DNA of 64,000 nt from Wickerhamiella versatilis (taxonomy: Eukaryota). Numbering within the stretch: position 1 is the first letter of the stretch; each line of letters starts with the position of its first letter. Location of the stretch: assembly GCA_030867685.1 (NCBI GenBank), contig JAQOWU010000008.1, positions 2,480,001 through 2,544,000 on the forward strand, read 5' to 3'. A program made the position numbers and the translations under genes. Below, piece after piece: positions 1 through 10,971 of the stretch. The notes beneath the pieces were generated by a model. The model saw only the letters and a program-made list of their open reading frames with translations, did no database searches and had not been told where the DNA came from.

Positions 1-998
1 ACAATATCTTTGAAGATATCTAAAAGCATGATAAATAATGGGGTAGCCTCACCACTGGCTACTTTTTCCGCTGTAAAGCGAATCTCTAGATAGCGAAGCA
101 GATACACTACCAAGGCATCTAATTTGTCATGTTGCTGAAGAAAAGAAGTAGGGGATAGTTGTGTCTCTGTGACTTCCTCTCCCTCGATCAACGTGCCCTC
201 TTCAATATGGCTCAAGCGTCTACGCTTTGAGGGTGGGGTCAAATTATCCTCGGATGAAGCTACTTCACCTTCGGACTCAGAGTCCCCATCTTCCTCGTCA
301 GATTCGGATTCGGATTCGCCATCTGAATCAGACTCATCTTCATCATCACACTCAACATCAATTTGCATAACCTTTTCAATAATAAGTTGCCACACTACCC
401 GGGCCTGCTCAGGAGCGTAGTCTAACAAGTGCAGTAAATTTGAAACATAATTTGTTGTTGCTTGAGTTGACTCCGTAGTATGCGGAAAGTTAACGGAGAG
501 TATCTTACCCATTCGAGTTGAAGAGGTTGGGATGAGTTGCAAAATTCGCATAAGTACCGTATGCTGAGGCTGCGTTTCCTGTAATGGCAGCACAAATTTT
601 TTCACAGAGCGACTAGCAATCTCACTCCACCATTGTGGGATTCCGCTAGCTAGAATCCCTAAGAAGCGAACAAATCCTTCAACTAGCGGGGTAGGAGAGC
701 TGCCTCCCCATTTGACGTCGAGTAGGGCTTCAACTAGCGGCACAGCAGTAGGTGTATCCAATTTCGGTATGTTCTTGCATAATACTCGTAAAATTGGCAC
801 TATTTCAGCTGTACCTCGTTCTATATCTGCAATAAGGGTCCTGACAGGCACTTGATTTCCAGGTAACTGATCTAAGGCGTGACGCACTGCGTGTTCGTAC
901 ATAACTGCACTCTCTCCGACTTCATCTTTTGATATCTCTAATAAAGTATTTTTTGCATGAGCCAACGCTTCCCGTGAGGCGGTATCCAGCGCCATCAT
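1..998 (-). CDS. RRN3: RNA polymerase I transcription initiation factor Rrn3 (5' part; runs off the window start)
   Basis: Not in the ORF track. Manual translation from ATG at 998 gives MMALDTASREA...NFPHTTESTQATTNYVSNLLHLLDYAPEQARVVWQLIIEKVMQIDVE, then an acidic loop and KLDALVVYLLRYL, which matches Rrn3 motifs. Confidence 0.88.
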   Translation of the reverse strand, partial: MMALDTASREALAHAKNTLLEISKDEVGESAVMYEHAVRHALDQLPGNQVPVRTLIADIERGTAEIVPILRVLCKNIPKLDTPTAVPLVEALLDVKWGGSSPTPLVEGFVRFLGILASGIPQWWSEIASRSVKKFVLPLQETQPQHTVLMRILQLIPTSSTRMGKILSVNFPHTTESTQATTNYVSNLLHLLDYAPEQARVVWQLIIEKVMQIDVECDDEDESDSDGESESESDEEDGDSESEGEVASSEDNLTPPSKRRRLSHIEEGTLIEGEEVTETQLSPTSFLQQHDKLDALVVYLLRYLEIRFTAEKVASGEATPLFIMLLDIFKDI

Positions 999-1382
999 TC
1001 GGTCCACACAGGCCTGCTGGGGGAATTAAATTTTTGTATGTCAGCAAAGTCTTTCACTCCAAAAGGGTTAGGAGCAAGTAACGCCCATACAGGCACCTCG
1101 AGGAGTAAAGAAAGTTCCAAGAAAACCAATTAGAACCATGAGCTATGAACAAAGTTCAGCAAATTGTTTTGTAATTGAAAGCCTTTTTTGCAGGCGGTGA
1201 GACCTCTTGGATAGCTGGCTCCAAAAAGTGCAAAAGTTCCCAAAACAATGAATATCATATCTAAATATTAACATAAAACAAACATAAAATGTAATTTAGT
1301 AATGCCGTGTTGAGAAATAACTCAACATTTTCGACCGCAAATCAAGTCGGTTGTGGAAGCTGACATAGAAAAGGCTACTTGG

Positions 1383-3128
1383 ATGCAGTACGTGGGTAGG
1401 GCCATTGGGTCTGTCTCCAAAACATGGAATAGCTTGAATCCATCAACTCTATCGGGCGCAATCGATGTGGTGGTGGTGGAGAGGCCAGATGGAGAGCTGC
1501 ACTGTTCAGCCTTTCACGTGCGCTTTGGCAAACTAAGTTTGCTGCAGCCCTCACAGAAGGGGGTGGATTTCTATGTGAATGGTAGGAAAGTGGATGTTCC
1601 AATGAAGCTAGGTGAAGGTGGCGAAGCCTTTTTCGTGGTCGAAACCCATGCGGACGTTCCCCAAGACTATCTGACGAGTCCCGTGGTATCTCCCGCGAAT
1701 AGTCCCGGAGCCTCACCCAAGGCGAATTCGGACGGCATGCATAGTGACGATGAGGTAGAATTTCTTGACATCAATGATGGAAAGCCTGAGCCCAAATTGC
1801 GGAAGCAGAATTTGCATAAACTGGATGAAATGGTGCAACGACTTTCAGAGGTGGATATATCGCCAGCTGCTAAGAATAATGGGGATGTGATTATGGATAT
1901 GACTGGTTATAAGCCTGATGAAGCAAATACACGGGTACTTGAAGAGGTAGTTGATGATATTTTTGATCATGATGCAGTGTCACCGGAAGACTCAGAAGGC
2001 AACAATTCATCTTATATCACAGATAGGACTGGTTGTCAAACTCCACCTGAAGTTTTTGCTTACCAGGAACCACGAACACCAAATTCCATGCGAGCACAGA
2101 CTCGAAGACACTTTGTCAAAACCTTGCGTTTGACATCTGAAACCTTGAGAAGGCTTGATCTCAAACCGGGTGAAAACCAGATGAAATTCGTTGTTAGAAG
2201 CAATAAAGCCACAGTCAGTGCCCAGTTATATCTTTGGGATAATAACACGCCTGTTGTAGTGAGCGATATTGATGGTACAATTACCCGCAGTGATGCTCTC
2301 GGGCACGTTATGACTATGATAGGCAGAGATTGGACGCATGCTGGTGTCGGAAAGCTTTTTGGAGATATTGCGTCCAATGGCTATAACGTGATGTACCTGA
2401 CGTCACGCTCTGCAGGATTGGCAGATGTCACTAGAGGATATCTCCGAAGCATTGATCAAGATGGGTGTCAACTTCCATCTGGGCCCGTCATTTTGAGTCC
2501 TGACAGAACCATGGCAGCATTGAGGAGAGAAGTGATCATGCGGAAGCCGGAAATTTTCAAAATGGCTTGTCTCCGTGATATTTCGAAGCTTTATGATCTC
2601 CACGAAACCACCGGAACGCCTTTTTTTGCCGGATTTGGCAACCGTATTACGGATGCTATTTCTTATCGATCTGTTGGAATCCCTTCCACCAAAATATTTA
2701 CCATTAATACAAACTCAGAAGTTCACATGGAACTTCTGGAGCTTACTGGTTACAAAAGTACCTATATGAACATTTCGACATTAGTTGATCATCTTTTCCC
2801 TCCTTTGCTAAATGGCAACAACCGTGCGCAGCGTGTAGATACGATCGATTTCACTGACACAAATTTTTGGAGGGAACCATTACCAGAACTCAGCGATGAA
2901 AGTGATGATAGTGATGACAGCAGGTCAGAGTCTCTATCTCCAGCTCCAGATTTCAGCGAAAATCTCAGTGTAAGATTTGGTGAGCAAGAATTTTCATCGC
3001 AGGATTCTGCAAGTGACTATGAGCCTGATAGCGACTCTGATTCAGGAAATGAAGATGAAGATGAAGATGAAGGTGAGAATGACGATAAGAGTGAGGGATC
3101 TGAAAATCGTCACGTCAGCAAACATTAA
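1383..3128 (+). CDS. PAH1: Lipin-type phosphatidate phosphatase
   Basis: First ATG at 1383 gives MQYVGRAIGSVSKTWNSLNPSTLSGAIDVVVVE (N-LIP domain). HAD motif DIDGT and an acidic C-terminal tail are present. Confidence 0.97.
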   Translation: MQYVGRAIGSVSKTWNSLNPSTLSGAIDVVVVERPDGELHCSAFHVRFGKLSLLQPSQKGVDFYVNGRKVDVPMKLGEGGEAFFVVETHADVPQDYLTSPVVSPANSPGASPKANSDGMHSDDEVEFLDINDGKPEPKLRKQNLHKLDEMVQRLSEVDISPAAKNNGDVIMDMTGYKPDEANTRVLEEVVDDIFDHDAVSPEDSEGNNSSYITDRTGCQTPPEVFAYQEPRTPNSMRAQTRRHFVKTLRLTSETLRRLDLKPGENQMKFVVRSNKATVSAQLYLWDNNTPVVVSDIDGTITRSDALGHVMTMIGRDWTHAGVGKLFGDIASNGYNVMYLTSRSAGLADVTRGYLRSIDQDGCQLPSGPVILSPDRTMAALRREVIMRKPEIFKMACLRDISKLYDLHETTGTPFFAGFGNRITDAISYRSVGIPSTKIFTINTNSEVHMELLELTGYKSTYMNISTLVDHLFPPLLNGNNRAQRVDTIDFTDTNFWREPLPELSDESDDSDDSRSESLSPAPDFSENLSVRFGEQEFSSQDSASDYEPDSDSDSGNEDEDEDEGENDDKSEGSENRHVSKH

Positions 3129-3321
3129 ACACAGAGAAAATTTAGTAATTTCACTTGCTAAATTAGCATTCTATCTAGGCATTGGCATCATCTTCTCCTT
3201 TACGACAAGACCTAGACTCGGATTTCGGATCAGTTTTATAATCATAGGGTGGAGCCGGCTCCGAAATTTGTGATTAGTAAATACGAAAAGGCGTTGGAGA
3301 CTTCTCTAACCTCTCACAAAG

Positions 3322-6054
3322 ATGGGGAGGACTAGACTTAAGATCTCTGGAATGACTTGTGGGGCATGTTCTAGCGCTGTATCAAGGGCCCTAGAAGCTG
3401 TTGATGGTGTCGATGAGGCATCTGTGTCTTTAGTCACTGACAATGCGGATGTCTCTCACGCCCCCGAAGTAAAGGAAGAAACGCTGATAAGTGCGGTTGA
3501 GGATGCTGGTTTCGACGCATCGATTTTACCTATGAATACCACAAAAACTACCATAAATATCAGTGGTATGACTTGCGGTGCTTGTACGTCGGCTGTTACA
3601 CGAGCTCTAGAATCTGTATCGGGCGTTTCTGAGGTAGGAGTTTCTCTCGTGACTGATACTGCCACCGTCAAACACAATACCTCCGTCGCTGATTTGATCG
3701 AGGCCATTGAAGGTGCTGGTTTTGATGCCGAAGTAGAGCGCTACGTTAAACAAGTACGCCTACGTGTTATGGGGTTAGAGGATGCCAAAATCGTATTTCC
3801 TGCTTTGTTGGAGCTTGATGGGGTTTTTGATATCAAAGAGGAAAATAAAAGCCGTGAAAACTCGGTTGTCGCAATTGAGTGCGATCAGAATCTTGGTATT
3901 CGGACCATTGTCAACACCGCTGAAAGGGCAGGAGCGTACGTAATTCCTGCAGACACAAGCGATAATTCTAGCCAGCTAATGGATCTAGAACGAGTGTATG
4001 TCACCCAGGCTTATCGTAAAAGCACTCTGATTTGCTTTTTCTTTGGCATTCCTGTTGTCTTACTCGCCAAAACACGTAATAAGTTGCCACATTGGCTCAC
4101 CTTTGAAGTCGTCCCCGGAATATGGTTTGACGATATATTATCACTTTTATGTGTACTTCCCGTTCAGCTTTGGGTAATGCGACCTTTTTATCGCAAGAGC
4201 TGGAGAGCTTTGCGAGCAGGATCACCAACAATGGATGTCTTAGTGTCTGTTTCTACAACACTTGCCTTCACCTACAGCATAATAGAGCTTTTTCGCAGCA
4301 TGATAATACATAGCAAGGCCCATCCAAGTTATCTATGGGAAGCCTGTGCTATGATCGTAACATTCGTGGTTCTTGGTAAATGGCTCGAGAACAAAGCTCG
4401 GGGTGAAACTTCTCATGCTTTGAGCTCTTTGATTTCCCTCGCTCCTGAAAAGGCATGTATCATTCTTCCAGAAGGTGGTGAAAGGATAATTTCTACTGAT
4501 CTGTTGGAAGTGGGGGATATCGTTGTTGTGAGACCTGGGGAAAAAGTATGTGCCGACGGGGAGGTCATATCTGGGCAATCTCATACAGTAGAAGCAATGG
4601 TCACTGGTGAACCAGTCCCTGTCTCTAAGTCAATCGGTGATAAGGTAATTGGCGGTACCCTTAATAGCGATGGCGCCCTACGCATTCGAATCGAATCGTG
4701 TGGCTCCGATACAAAGCTCGCACAAATAATTAGTCTTGTCCGCGATGCACAGTCTGGAAGAGCACCGATTCAGAGATATGCGGATACTATCGCTGCGTGG
4801 TTCGTTCCAGTAATCCTTTCACTAGGAATCTTAACATTTGCAGTATGGATGATTATTGTACATACGTATCCTAACCCTCCTGCTGCATTTCACAATCAGC
4901 CAACATTTTTTATGTGTCTTCGGCTCGGAATTGCGGTTGTTGTCGTGGCGTGTCCATGCGCGCTTGGACTTGCTACGCCTACGGCCGTTATGGTAGCTAC
5001 AGGCGTTGGTGCTGAACATGGAATGCTTGTTAAAAATGGGGCAGTATTTGAACAACTTAGCGCCGTCGACACTGTTATATTCGACAAGACTGGTACTCTC
5101 ACAGTAGGGCACATGCGTGTCAAGGATACTACCATTGAAGATAAATGGTGGCCATTAATCCATGCTGTAGAAAGCCAAAGCGAACACCCTGTTGGTCGGG
5201 CCTTAGTACATTTTAAGGAGGATATCACGTGTGAATCTCCATTTAAAGGCCCAATTGAGAATTTCAAAGCTAGTGTGGGCCATGGTGTTGAAGCTAGTGT
5301 GGGAGGCCATTCAATATGGATCGGAAGTTCCTTACAGGGTGTGGAGTTGGTAATTGACGGTGAGTCCCATGGCTGGGCCTCATTTCAGGATTCCCTCAGA
5401 GCCGAATCACCCGAGGTTGTGGAAAAGCTTCAGTTGGCTGGGTATACTGTAGCAATCGTAAGTGGTGACACAGCTGAAAATACGTCCCGGATTGCTGAAC
5501 AAGTTGGTATACCAGAAATGCAAACTTGGAGCAGAATGACGCCAGAACAAAAAGTAAATGTTGTTCGAGATATACAGGAATCAGGTAAATGCGTGGCTTT
5601 TGTTGGCGATGGTATCAACGATAGCCCAGCATTGGCCTCGGCGGCGGTTGGGATTTCGATGGAAGGCTCAACACATGTTGCAGTTGATTCCGCTGATGTC
5701 GTCCTCGTACAACGGTCTCCAATTGAAGGAATACCCGGGATTCTTGAACTTGGTCGATTTACTTTGAGACGAATCAAACTGAATCTTGTTTCGTCCGTTT
5801 TATATAATGCGATAATGATACCGTTCGCCATGGGCCTCCTATTGCCATGGGGTATCATGCTCAATCCCATAGTTGCATCGGCACTCATGGCTCTGAGCTC
5901 TGTTTCAGTTGTTTGCTCGAGCCTTTTCATCCGAACATGGAGTCCGTCATCTGCAGATGCTCCGATGTCTAGATGGAGATTGTGCCTACAGACTGTCCTT
6001 GATAAGATACGCATCGGCTCGAAAAATTATGCATATACGCCATTACGAGTTTAA
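3322..6054 (+). CDS. CCC2: Cu(I)-transporting P1B-type ATPase
   Basis: Two GMTCGAC metal-binding domains, TGEP, CPCALGL, DKTGT, SEHP, GDGIND and YN...MALSS motifs. Confidence 0.96.
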   Translation: MGRTRLKISGMTCGACSSAVSRALEAVDGVDEASVSLVTDNADVSHAPEVKEETLISAVEDAGFDASILPMNTTKTTINISGMTCGACTSAVTRALESVSGVSEVGVSLVTDTATVKHNTSVADLIEAIEGAGFDAEVERYVKQVRLRVMGLEDAKIVFPALLELDGVFDIKEENKSRENSVVAIECDQNLGIRTIVNTAERAGAYVIPADTSDNSSQLMDLERVYVTQAYRKSTLICFFFGIPVVLLAKTRNKLPHWLTFEVVPGIWFDDILSLLCVLPVQLWVMRPFYRKSWRALRAGSPTMDVLVSVSTTLAFTYSIIELFRSMIIHSKAHPSYLWEACAMIVTFVVLGKWLENKARGETSHALSSLISLAPEKACIILPEGGERIISTDLLEVGDIVVVRPGEKVCADGEVISGQSHTVEAMVTGEPVPVSKSIGDKVIGGTLNSDGALRIRIESCGSDTKLAQIISLVRDAQSGRAPIQRYADTIAAWFVPVILSLGILTFAVWMIIVHTYPNPPAAFHNQPTFFMCLRLGIAVVVVACPCALGLATPTAVMVATGVGAEHGMLVKNGAVFEQLSAVDTVIFDKTGTLTVGHMRVKDTTIEDKWWPLIHAVESQSEHPVGRALVHFKEDITCESPFKGPIENFKASVGHGVEASVGGHSIWIGSSLQGVELVIDGESHGWASFQDSLRAESPEVVEKLQLAGYTVAIVSGDTAENTSRIAEQVGIPEMQTWSRMTPEQKVNVVRDIQESGKCVAFVGDGINDSPALASAAVGISMEGSTHVAVDSADVVLVQRSPIEGIPGILELGRFTLRRIKLNLVSSVLYNAIMIPFAMGLLLPWGIMLNPIVASALMALSSVSVVCSSLFIRTWSPSSADAPMSRWRLCLQTVLDKIRIGSKNYAYTPLRV

Positions 6055-6257
6055 ATTTAACTTATGTAGTTTATTTTGATTTCATCTTCAGACTTAAGAT
6101 CGAAACAAAGTCAACCTTTTTTTTGATACGTGGGTTAGGGCGTGCTGTTCCAGTTCCCCACGTTGGGGGAATCGTAGGGGAAATCTTAGGATACTCAATA
6201 ATTAATACTTGACCTGTTGAAGATTTCTAAGTGACGTAAAGGCGCTTTGGATAAAAC

Positions 6258-6815
6258 ATGTCAGATTATGGGCTTCTGGCAATTATTTGTACCCTTGCAG
6301 CACGCTCTCAAAAAGAAGCAAGCAGTATTCGAGATCGCGTTCTATCTCGATTAGATCGCAATGATCAAATGAAAGTCATGGAAGCCTTAAAAACAATGGA
6401 GATACTGGGCCTAGTCGAAAGCGATGTTTTCACCATTCCTCGAGAATCTAATCTCGTGCATGTGAGACCTGGTAGCTTCGCAAATTGTTCTATCGATAAG
6501 TTGGCAGATTTCGGGATTAAAATGTTAGCATTGGATTCAGAGACAGCAATAGTAGAGTGCCATAGTCTGTCGCTGGCTATTTTGAGAGCGCATGAGGTTG
6601 GCCGAGCACTACTATCAGAGGAAACACATATGATACTTGATGAATGCTTTTTTGAAATATTTGGTTCCACAAGCCTTTTAATGGGAAAAAGAGATGATAC
6701 TGTATCCCGGGATGATGGTGAGAAAGGGCTATGGGGTTGTTTTGTATTATTGTGCTTTTGTCTTTTATTATTTTTGGGAACTGGAGTCTTGCTTGGGTAT
6801 GTGTTAACAGCATGA
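6258..6815 (+). CDS. Hypothetical protein with a C-terminal hydrophobic segment (possibly tail-anchored)
   Basis: 185-aa ATG-initiated ORF filling the gap between two genes. C-terminus LWGCFVLLCFCLLLFLGTGVLLGYVLTA. No family recognised. Confidence 0.6.
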   Translation: MSDYGLLAIICTLAARSQKEASSIRDRVLSRLDRNDQMKVMEALKTMEILGLVESDVFTIPRESNLVHVRPGSFANCSIDKLADFGIKMLALDSETAIVECHSLSLAILRAHEVGRALLSEETHMILDECFFEIFGSTSLLMGKRDDTVSRDDGEKGLWGCFVLLCFCLLLFLGTGVLLGYVLTA

Positions 6816-6939
6816 CTCAAGTTTTATGAACATATGCTTCAAAAGCTCTAACGAGCATTTAATTTTATAATAACAGTAATGACCTATTCTCTACGTTGCC
6901 CTAGAAGACACTCTCGTAAGCGGAGGAAGTAAACAACCA

Positions 6940-9087
6940 ATGGCTGAACTAGAGCGTCTGTCTCTTGAACCAACCCGGTTTTTAGGCTCTACCATTCGGT
7001 CGAGCTCTGGATTGGACTCGCACAATGAACTTGTAGCTGCATGTGTAGGAGCTGGCGCTTTAGTGTTAAATGTCAAAAATAACGAAACGCGTTTTTTCTA
7101 TTCACCACCGCTTGATAGGGAAAAAACATCACCGGGGCATCCAGCTATAAAAGTCAATAATTCATCATGCGTTGCAATTTCCAGCCGAGGGCATGTGGCT
7201 ATTGGAGAATCAGGATATCAGCCGCGTATCGTGGTTCATTTTCCCAATGGGACCGTAATGGCATCAATGACAATCCACCAATTTGGTGTTGACCATTTAG
7301 CTTTTAGCCCAGATGGAAATTATCTTATGAGCCTTGGTACCCCCAACGACGGATATGCGTATGTATGGTCGATAGGAGAGCACTCTGGAGATGTTCAGCA
7401 GCATTCTGTCAATCGCTGCATTAGTGACGTCAAAGATGTAACTTGGGTATCTCCATCCCGTTTTGTAACTGTGGGCGTCCGTCATGTACGAGTATGGAGC
7501 GTTGAAGCGCCCGGTGCACTCACATGGCGCAATGCAATACTTAGAGAATATGCTGAGGCTGTGTTTGAGTCTGTATTACCACTTGCAATGCAGTCTTTCT
7601 TAGTGGCAACCTCTGCTGGAGATATACTACGCTTAAGTCCAGACGTTTCATTGATTGTTTCGCTGAAAAAACCAATACGTCTCATGACCATGAAGGGGGA
7701 TCATCTATTTATTGGAAGTGATAAAGAAGTCCTTCAAATCCCCCTGATTGACTTGAAAAAGCCTCCTAATGTCATACCTGCGGCATGTGTCGCAATCACC
7801 GAGCAAGCGGCGGCAACTGCTCATGCCGTCTATCCACTCGAGGAATTGATAAAAGACGCGCCGGAGAGTTTTCCTATAGCTGCTTATGATTCTTTTTCTT
7901 CCACTTCATCTGAAATTTTGGCATGGCGTGGTTTAGAATTGAGTCGGTGGTCTTCAGACCTGAAGTGTCTCCGCCTGCAAAAATTCAACGAAGTAATAAC
8001 GTGCGTCGCCCAGAATGAAGAAGTTTATGCGGTTGGGTTTGAATCTGGTGAGATTGAAATCAATGGAACTAGAAAACAAGCACATAGTGGGCCTGTGCGT
8101 TCTATTGCGGTAACTGGAACTCTCGTCGTGAGTGGGGGAGCTGATAAGTTTTTGCAAGTCTGGAATTGCAATCAGCTTATTGAAAGCATTCCCACATCTC
8201 ATTCTTTAATAAAAGTTGCTGCCAAAGATACTATAATTGCATGTACCACATCATCACGCGGTGTCTTGATTTATCACAACCGTCAACTGATCAAATCTAT
8301 AAGCCTTAAGTCTATTGCTTATGATCTGGTCATATGGCGCTCACTAGTAGTCATAAGTAGTGGAGACAGACATGTGACGGCCTGGAATACGGAAACTGGC
8401 GAAGAACAGTACAGTTTTCGACCATCAGATCATCGAGGAGAGCCTACAAATATCACGAACATGCTTATCATAGACGAGAAAAATGTACTAATAGGGTCAG
8501 GTACAGACAAGAGTATTTCGCTTTTCAGTTGGCCTCGGGGCGATCTACTTTATAAAACTTGGGGGTCAGCACAGTCGATTAGAGCTCTAATTGGCATTGG
8601 ATCATCTGTTGTATGCATATCAGATTTTGCAGTTTGTTATGATATCAGGGAGAAGCAGTCTTCAAGCTCACCGGTGCCAGTTAGAAGGTCTGTTCTTAGA
8701 GCGCCAAGTCCCTCGCGGTCTCCCTCACGGTCTCCAAGCCCCACCAGAATGAGACTAGCCACAGATACCAATGGTGGCCGTATTCCGGCAAGTCAAGCCT
8801 CTATCCCACCTCTTACCTCCAAGTTACGAACCTCGAGGTCTCCAAGCCCACATCGTGAGCTCGGCAATCGAGCTAGGCAGTTACCAAATACCAGTAAATT
8901 ACGAGAAACTGCCTTGTTAGATGCTTTGAATGCATTCAATTCAGATGTAAGTGAACCCTCACCAGAGCTGTCACAAATACTGCGACCTGCATTAGCCCAG
9001 GCGCTTAACCGTGTGGGTGGATCTTGTATGCCTGAAGATGTGGGCAACCTTATCGTTCAATATGTGAAGGACAATCTTCAGTTATGA
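6940..9087 (+). CDS. WD40-repeat protein, MABP1/WDR62-like
   Basis: Multiple WD-type repeats. VAIGESGYQPRIVV, HQFGVDHLAFSPDGNYLMSLG and FVTVGVRHVRVW resemble the MAPKBP1/WDR62 family. SR/SP-rich region near the C-terminus. Confidence 0.8.
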   Translation: MAELERLSLEPTRFLGSTIRSSSGLDSHNELVAACVGAGALVLNVKNNETRFFYSPPLDREKTSPGHPAIKVNNSSCVAISSRGHVAIGESGYQPRIVVHFPNGTVMASMTIHQFGVDHLAFSPDGNYLMSLGTPNDGYAYVWSIGEHSGDVQQHSVNRCISDVKDVTWVSPSRFVTVGVRHVRVWSVEAPGALTWRNAILREYAEAVFESVLPLAMQSFLVATSAGDILRLSPDVSLIVSLKKPIRLMTMKGDHLFIGSDKEVLQIPLIDLKKPPNVIPAACVAITEQAAATAHAVYPLEELIKDAPESFPIAAYDSFSSTSSEILAWRGLELSRWSSDLKCLRLQKFNEVITCVAQNEEVYAVGFESGEIEINGTRKQAHSGPVRSIAVTGTLVVSGGADKFLQVWNCNQLIESIPTSHSLIKVAAKDTIIACTTSSRGVLIYHNRQLIKSISLKSIAYDLVIWRSLVVISSGDRHVTAWNTETGEEQYSFRPSDHRGEPTNITNMLIIDEKNVLIGSGTDKSISLFSWPRGDLLYKTWGSAQSIRALIGIGSSVVCISDFAVCYDIREKQSSSSPVPVRRSVLRAPSPSRSPSRSPSPTRMRLATDTNGGRIPASQASIPPLTSKLRTSRSPSPHRELGNRARQLPNTSKLRETALLDALNAFNSDVSEPSPELSQILRPALAQALNRVGGSCMPEDVGNLIVQYVKDNLQL

Positions 9088-9343
9088 ATCCACTGTCATT
9101 ATGAGATATGTTAAAGATTAAGTTACGTTCCAATATCCTTTCATGATTAAAAACAAGCTAATGTTATTGCACTGGGGAACCTAATAGGGCATAAGTGTGA
9201 GGAGACTTCGTATCTGATGAGTTTTAGATTTTGAGGTCAGAACTATTTTGATTAAATAGCAAATCACATCGTTCCCTGTCATATAATTTTCAGATATACC
9301 AATATCTTCTTTCCTGCTTACCTCACCCGACCACGACAGAAAC

Positions 9344-10450
9344 ATGTCGCTAGTTTTTGGAGGTACCAGAGTGGGTTTGACATTTTGGCGGGCTTCATAT
9401 AGATCATTCGCTACTAAGAGTTTGTCTGAGGAACCTCCTAAGTTACCAGAGTGGGCAAAGCAGTCGATCTCTTGCCAGTCGCCAAGTCCTCGACCCCCAA
9501 AGCGACCCCAGACACTAAGTCGCAAACTGGACACTTATATGGAACTTTCAAAGCCCAGACTGTCAGTGCTGGTTGTTTTGAGTGCTATGTCTAGTTATGC
9601 GTTAGCGCCATCAGGTACAAGTTCTGTTGTAGACCTTATTTTCCTATCGATGGGGACCGCACTTTGCTCAGCGAGCGCAAATGCCATCAATATGGGTCGT
9701 GAGCCTGAATTTGATAGGCAAATGACCCGAACACAAAGTCGTCCTGTAGCGTCGGGTCGATTATCCGTAAAACAGGCCTTCGGTTTTGCTGGTCTCACAG
9801 GCGTCTCTGGAGTTATTACACTGGCGTATGGTACAAACGATGTGGTCGCTGCGTTAGGTTTGCTTAACATTATATTGTATGGCTGGACTTACACCTCGCT
9901 CAAGCGAAAACATATTGTGAATACATGGGTTGGTGCCGTTGTTGGTGCTATTCCACCCCTCATGGGATGGGCTACGTGTGCATCATTATGGAGACCTGAG
10001 CCATGGATTCTGGCAGGTATTCTTTATAGCTGGCAGTTCCCACATTTCATGAGTCTTTCTTACTCAATCGCAGACGAGTACCGGCGGGCCGGATATGTCA
10101 TGTCTGCTTGGAAAAATTCACTACTTACTGCGCGTGTAGCTCTACGTCATAGTATTGCTATGTTTCCATTATGCTTTGCTGCTTCATGGATGGGGTTATG
10201 TGATCCCTTTTTTGCGCTGGATAGCTCTATAGCAAATGGGTGGCTTGTATACACCTCGTACAAATTCTGGAATGAACAGCGGTTGCTTTCCAATGGACAG
10301 ATGGTACCCTCTAAGAATCCAGGAGAACACAAAAAATATTCGCGGCTACTATTTTGGGCTTCAGTTATCCATCTGCCAGCAATCCTTGTTTTGGCTATGC
10401 TTCATAAAAAAGGCCAATGGGACTGGCTCTTTGAAAAGACAAAGGAATAA
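9344..10450 (+). CDS. COX10: Protoheme IX farnesyltransferase (heme O synthase), mitochondrial
   Basis: ELSKPRL, NAINMGREPEFDRQMTRTQSRP, YTSLKRKH and WQFPHF motifs, with a presequence-like N-terminus. Confidence 0.96.
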   Translation: MSLVFGGTRVGLTFWRASYRSFATKSLSEEPPKLPEWAKQSISCQSPSPRPPKRPQTLSRKLDTYMELSKPRLSVLVVLSAMSSYALAPSGTSSVVDLIFLSMGTALCSASANAINMGREPEFDRQMTRTQSRPVASGRLSVKQAFGFAGLTGVSGVITLAYGTNDVVAALGLLNIILYGWTYTSLKRKHIVNTWVGAVVGAIPPLMGWATCASLWRPEPWILAGILYSWQFPHFMSLSYSIADEYRRAGYVMSAWKNSLLTARVALRHSIAMFPLCFAASWMGLCDPFFALDSSIANGWLVYTSYKFWNEQRLLSNGQMVPSKNPGEHKKYSRLLFWASVIHLPAILVLAMLHKKGQWDWLFEKTKE

Positions 10451-10689
10451 TAATTTGTACATACTTTGCCGGGGTGTAAACATAAAAGACTTATTTAATG
10501 TATATATGTACATAGATTAGAAATGCATGCTAAATACCTCCTCCAACTACAGAGTGGTGCGGACTGATAGAATTTAAGAACAAGGCATGAAAATAGATAA
10601 AAATAGTATTATTTCTTAGCGAATTAGAGGTTATTGCTAATAACCACTTGTTCATCTTTCATCTCGCTGTTAGTAAAGGATCACCAATC

Positions 10690-10971
10690 ATGTTTACTTT
10701 GAGACGCGGCAGGCCTGTCGAAGTTCATTCAGAAAGTGAACTTCCATTTGCTGTTGGTAGAAAAGCACCAGCAGGACCAAAAAATCAGGAGGCTTATGCT
10801 ATTTACTGTCAAGAACAAGATACAATCAGATTAACAGGATATACCTCATTGAAGCCACCTGGTATCACTAAGACAATGCAAGCGTTGGCAGATGAAGATG
10901 CAGAACGTTCAAGGAATAACCTTGAGGCAAATCAAGTATATGATGGAATGGACGGTGTGTCACTGGACTGA
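10690..10971 (+). CDS. Small APC/C subunit Apc15/Mnd2-like protein
   Basis: First ATG at 10690 (93 aa). IRLTGYTSLKPPGITKTMQ followed by an acidic tail resembles the fungal Apc15p core (IR..G..WL[RK]PPG..KT). Confidence 0.7.
   Translation: MFTLRRGRPVEVHSESELPFAVGRKAPAGPKNQEAYAIYCQEQDTIRLTGYTSLKPPGITKTMQALADEDAERSRNNLEANQVYDGMDGVSLD

Noticed and set aside
169-420. Ser-rich plus-strand ORF
   Set aside because: It is the antisense reading of the acidic loop of RRN3.
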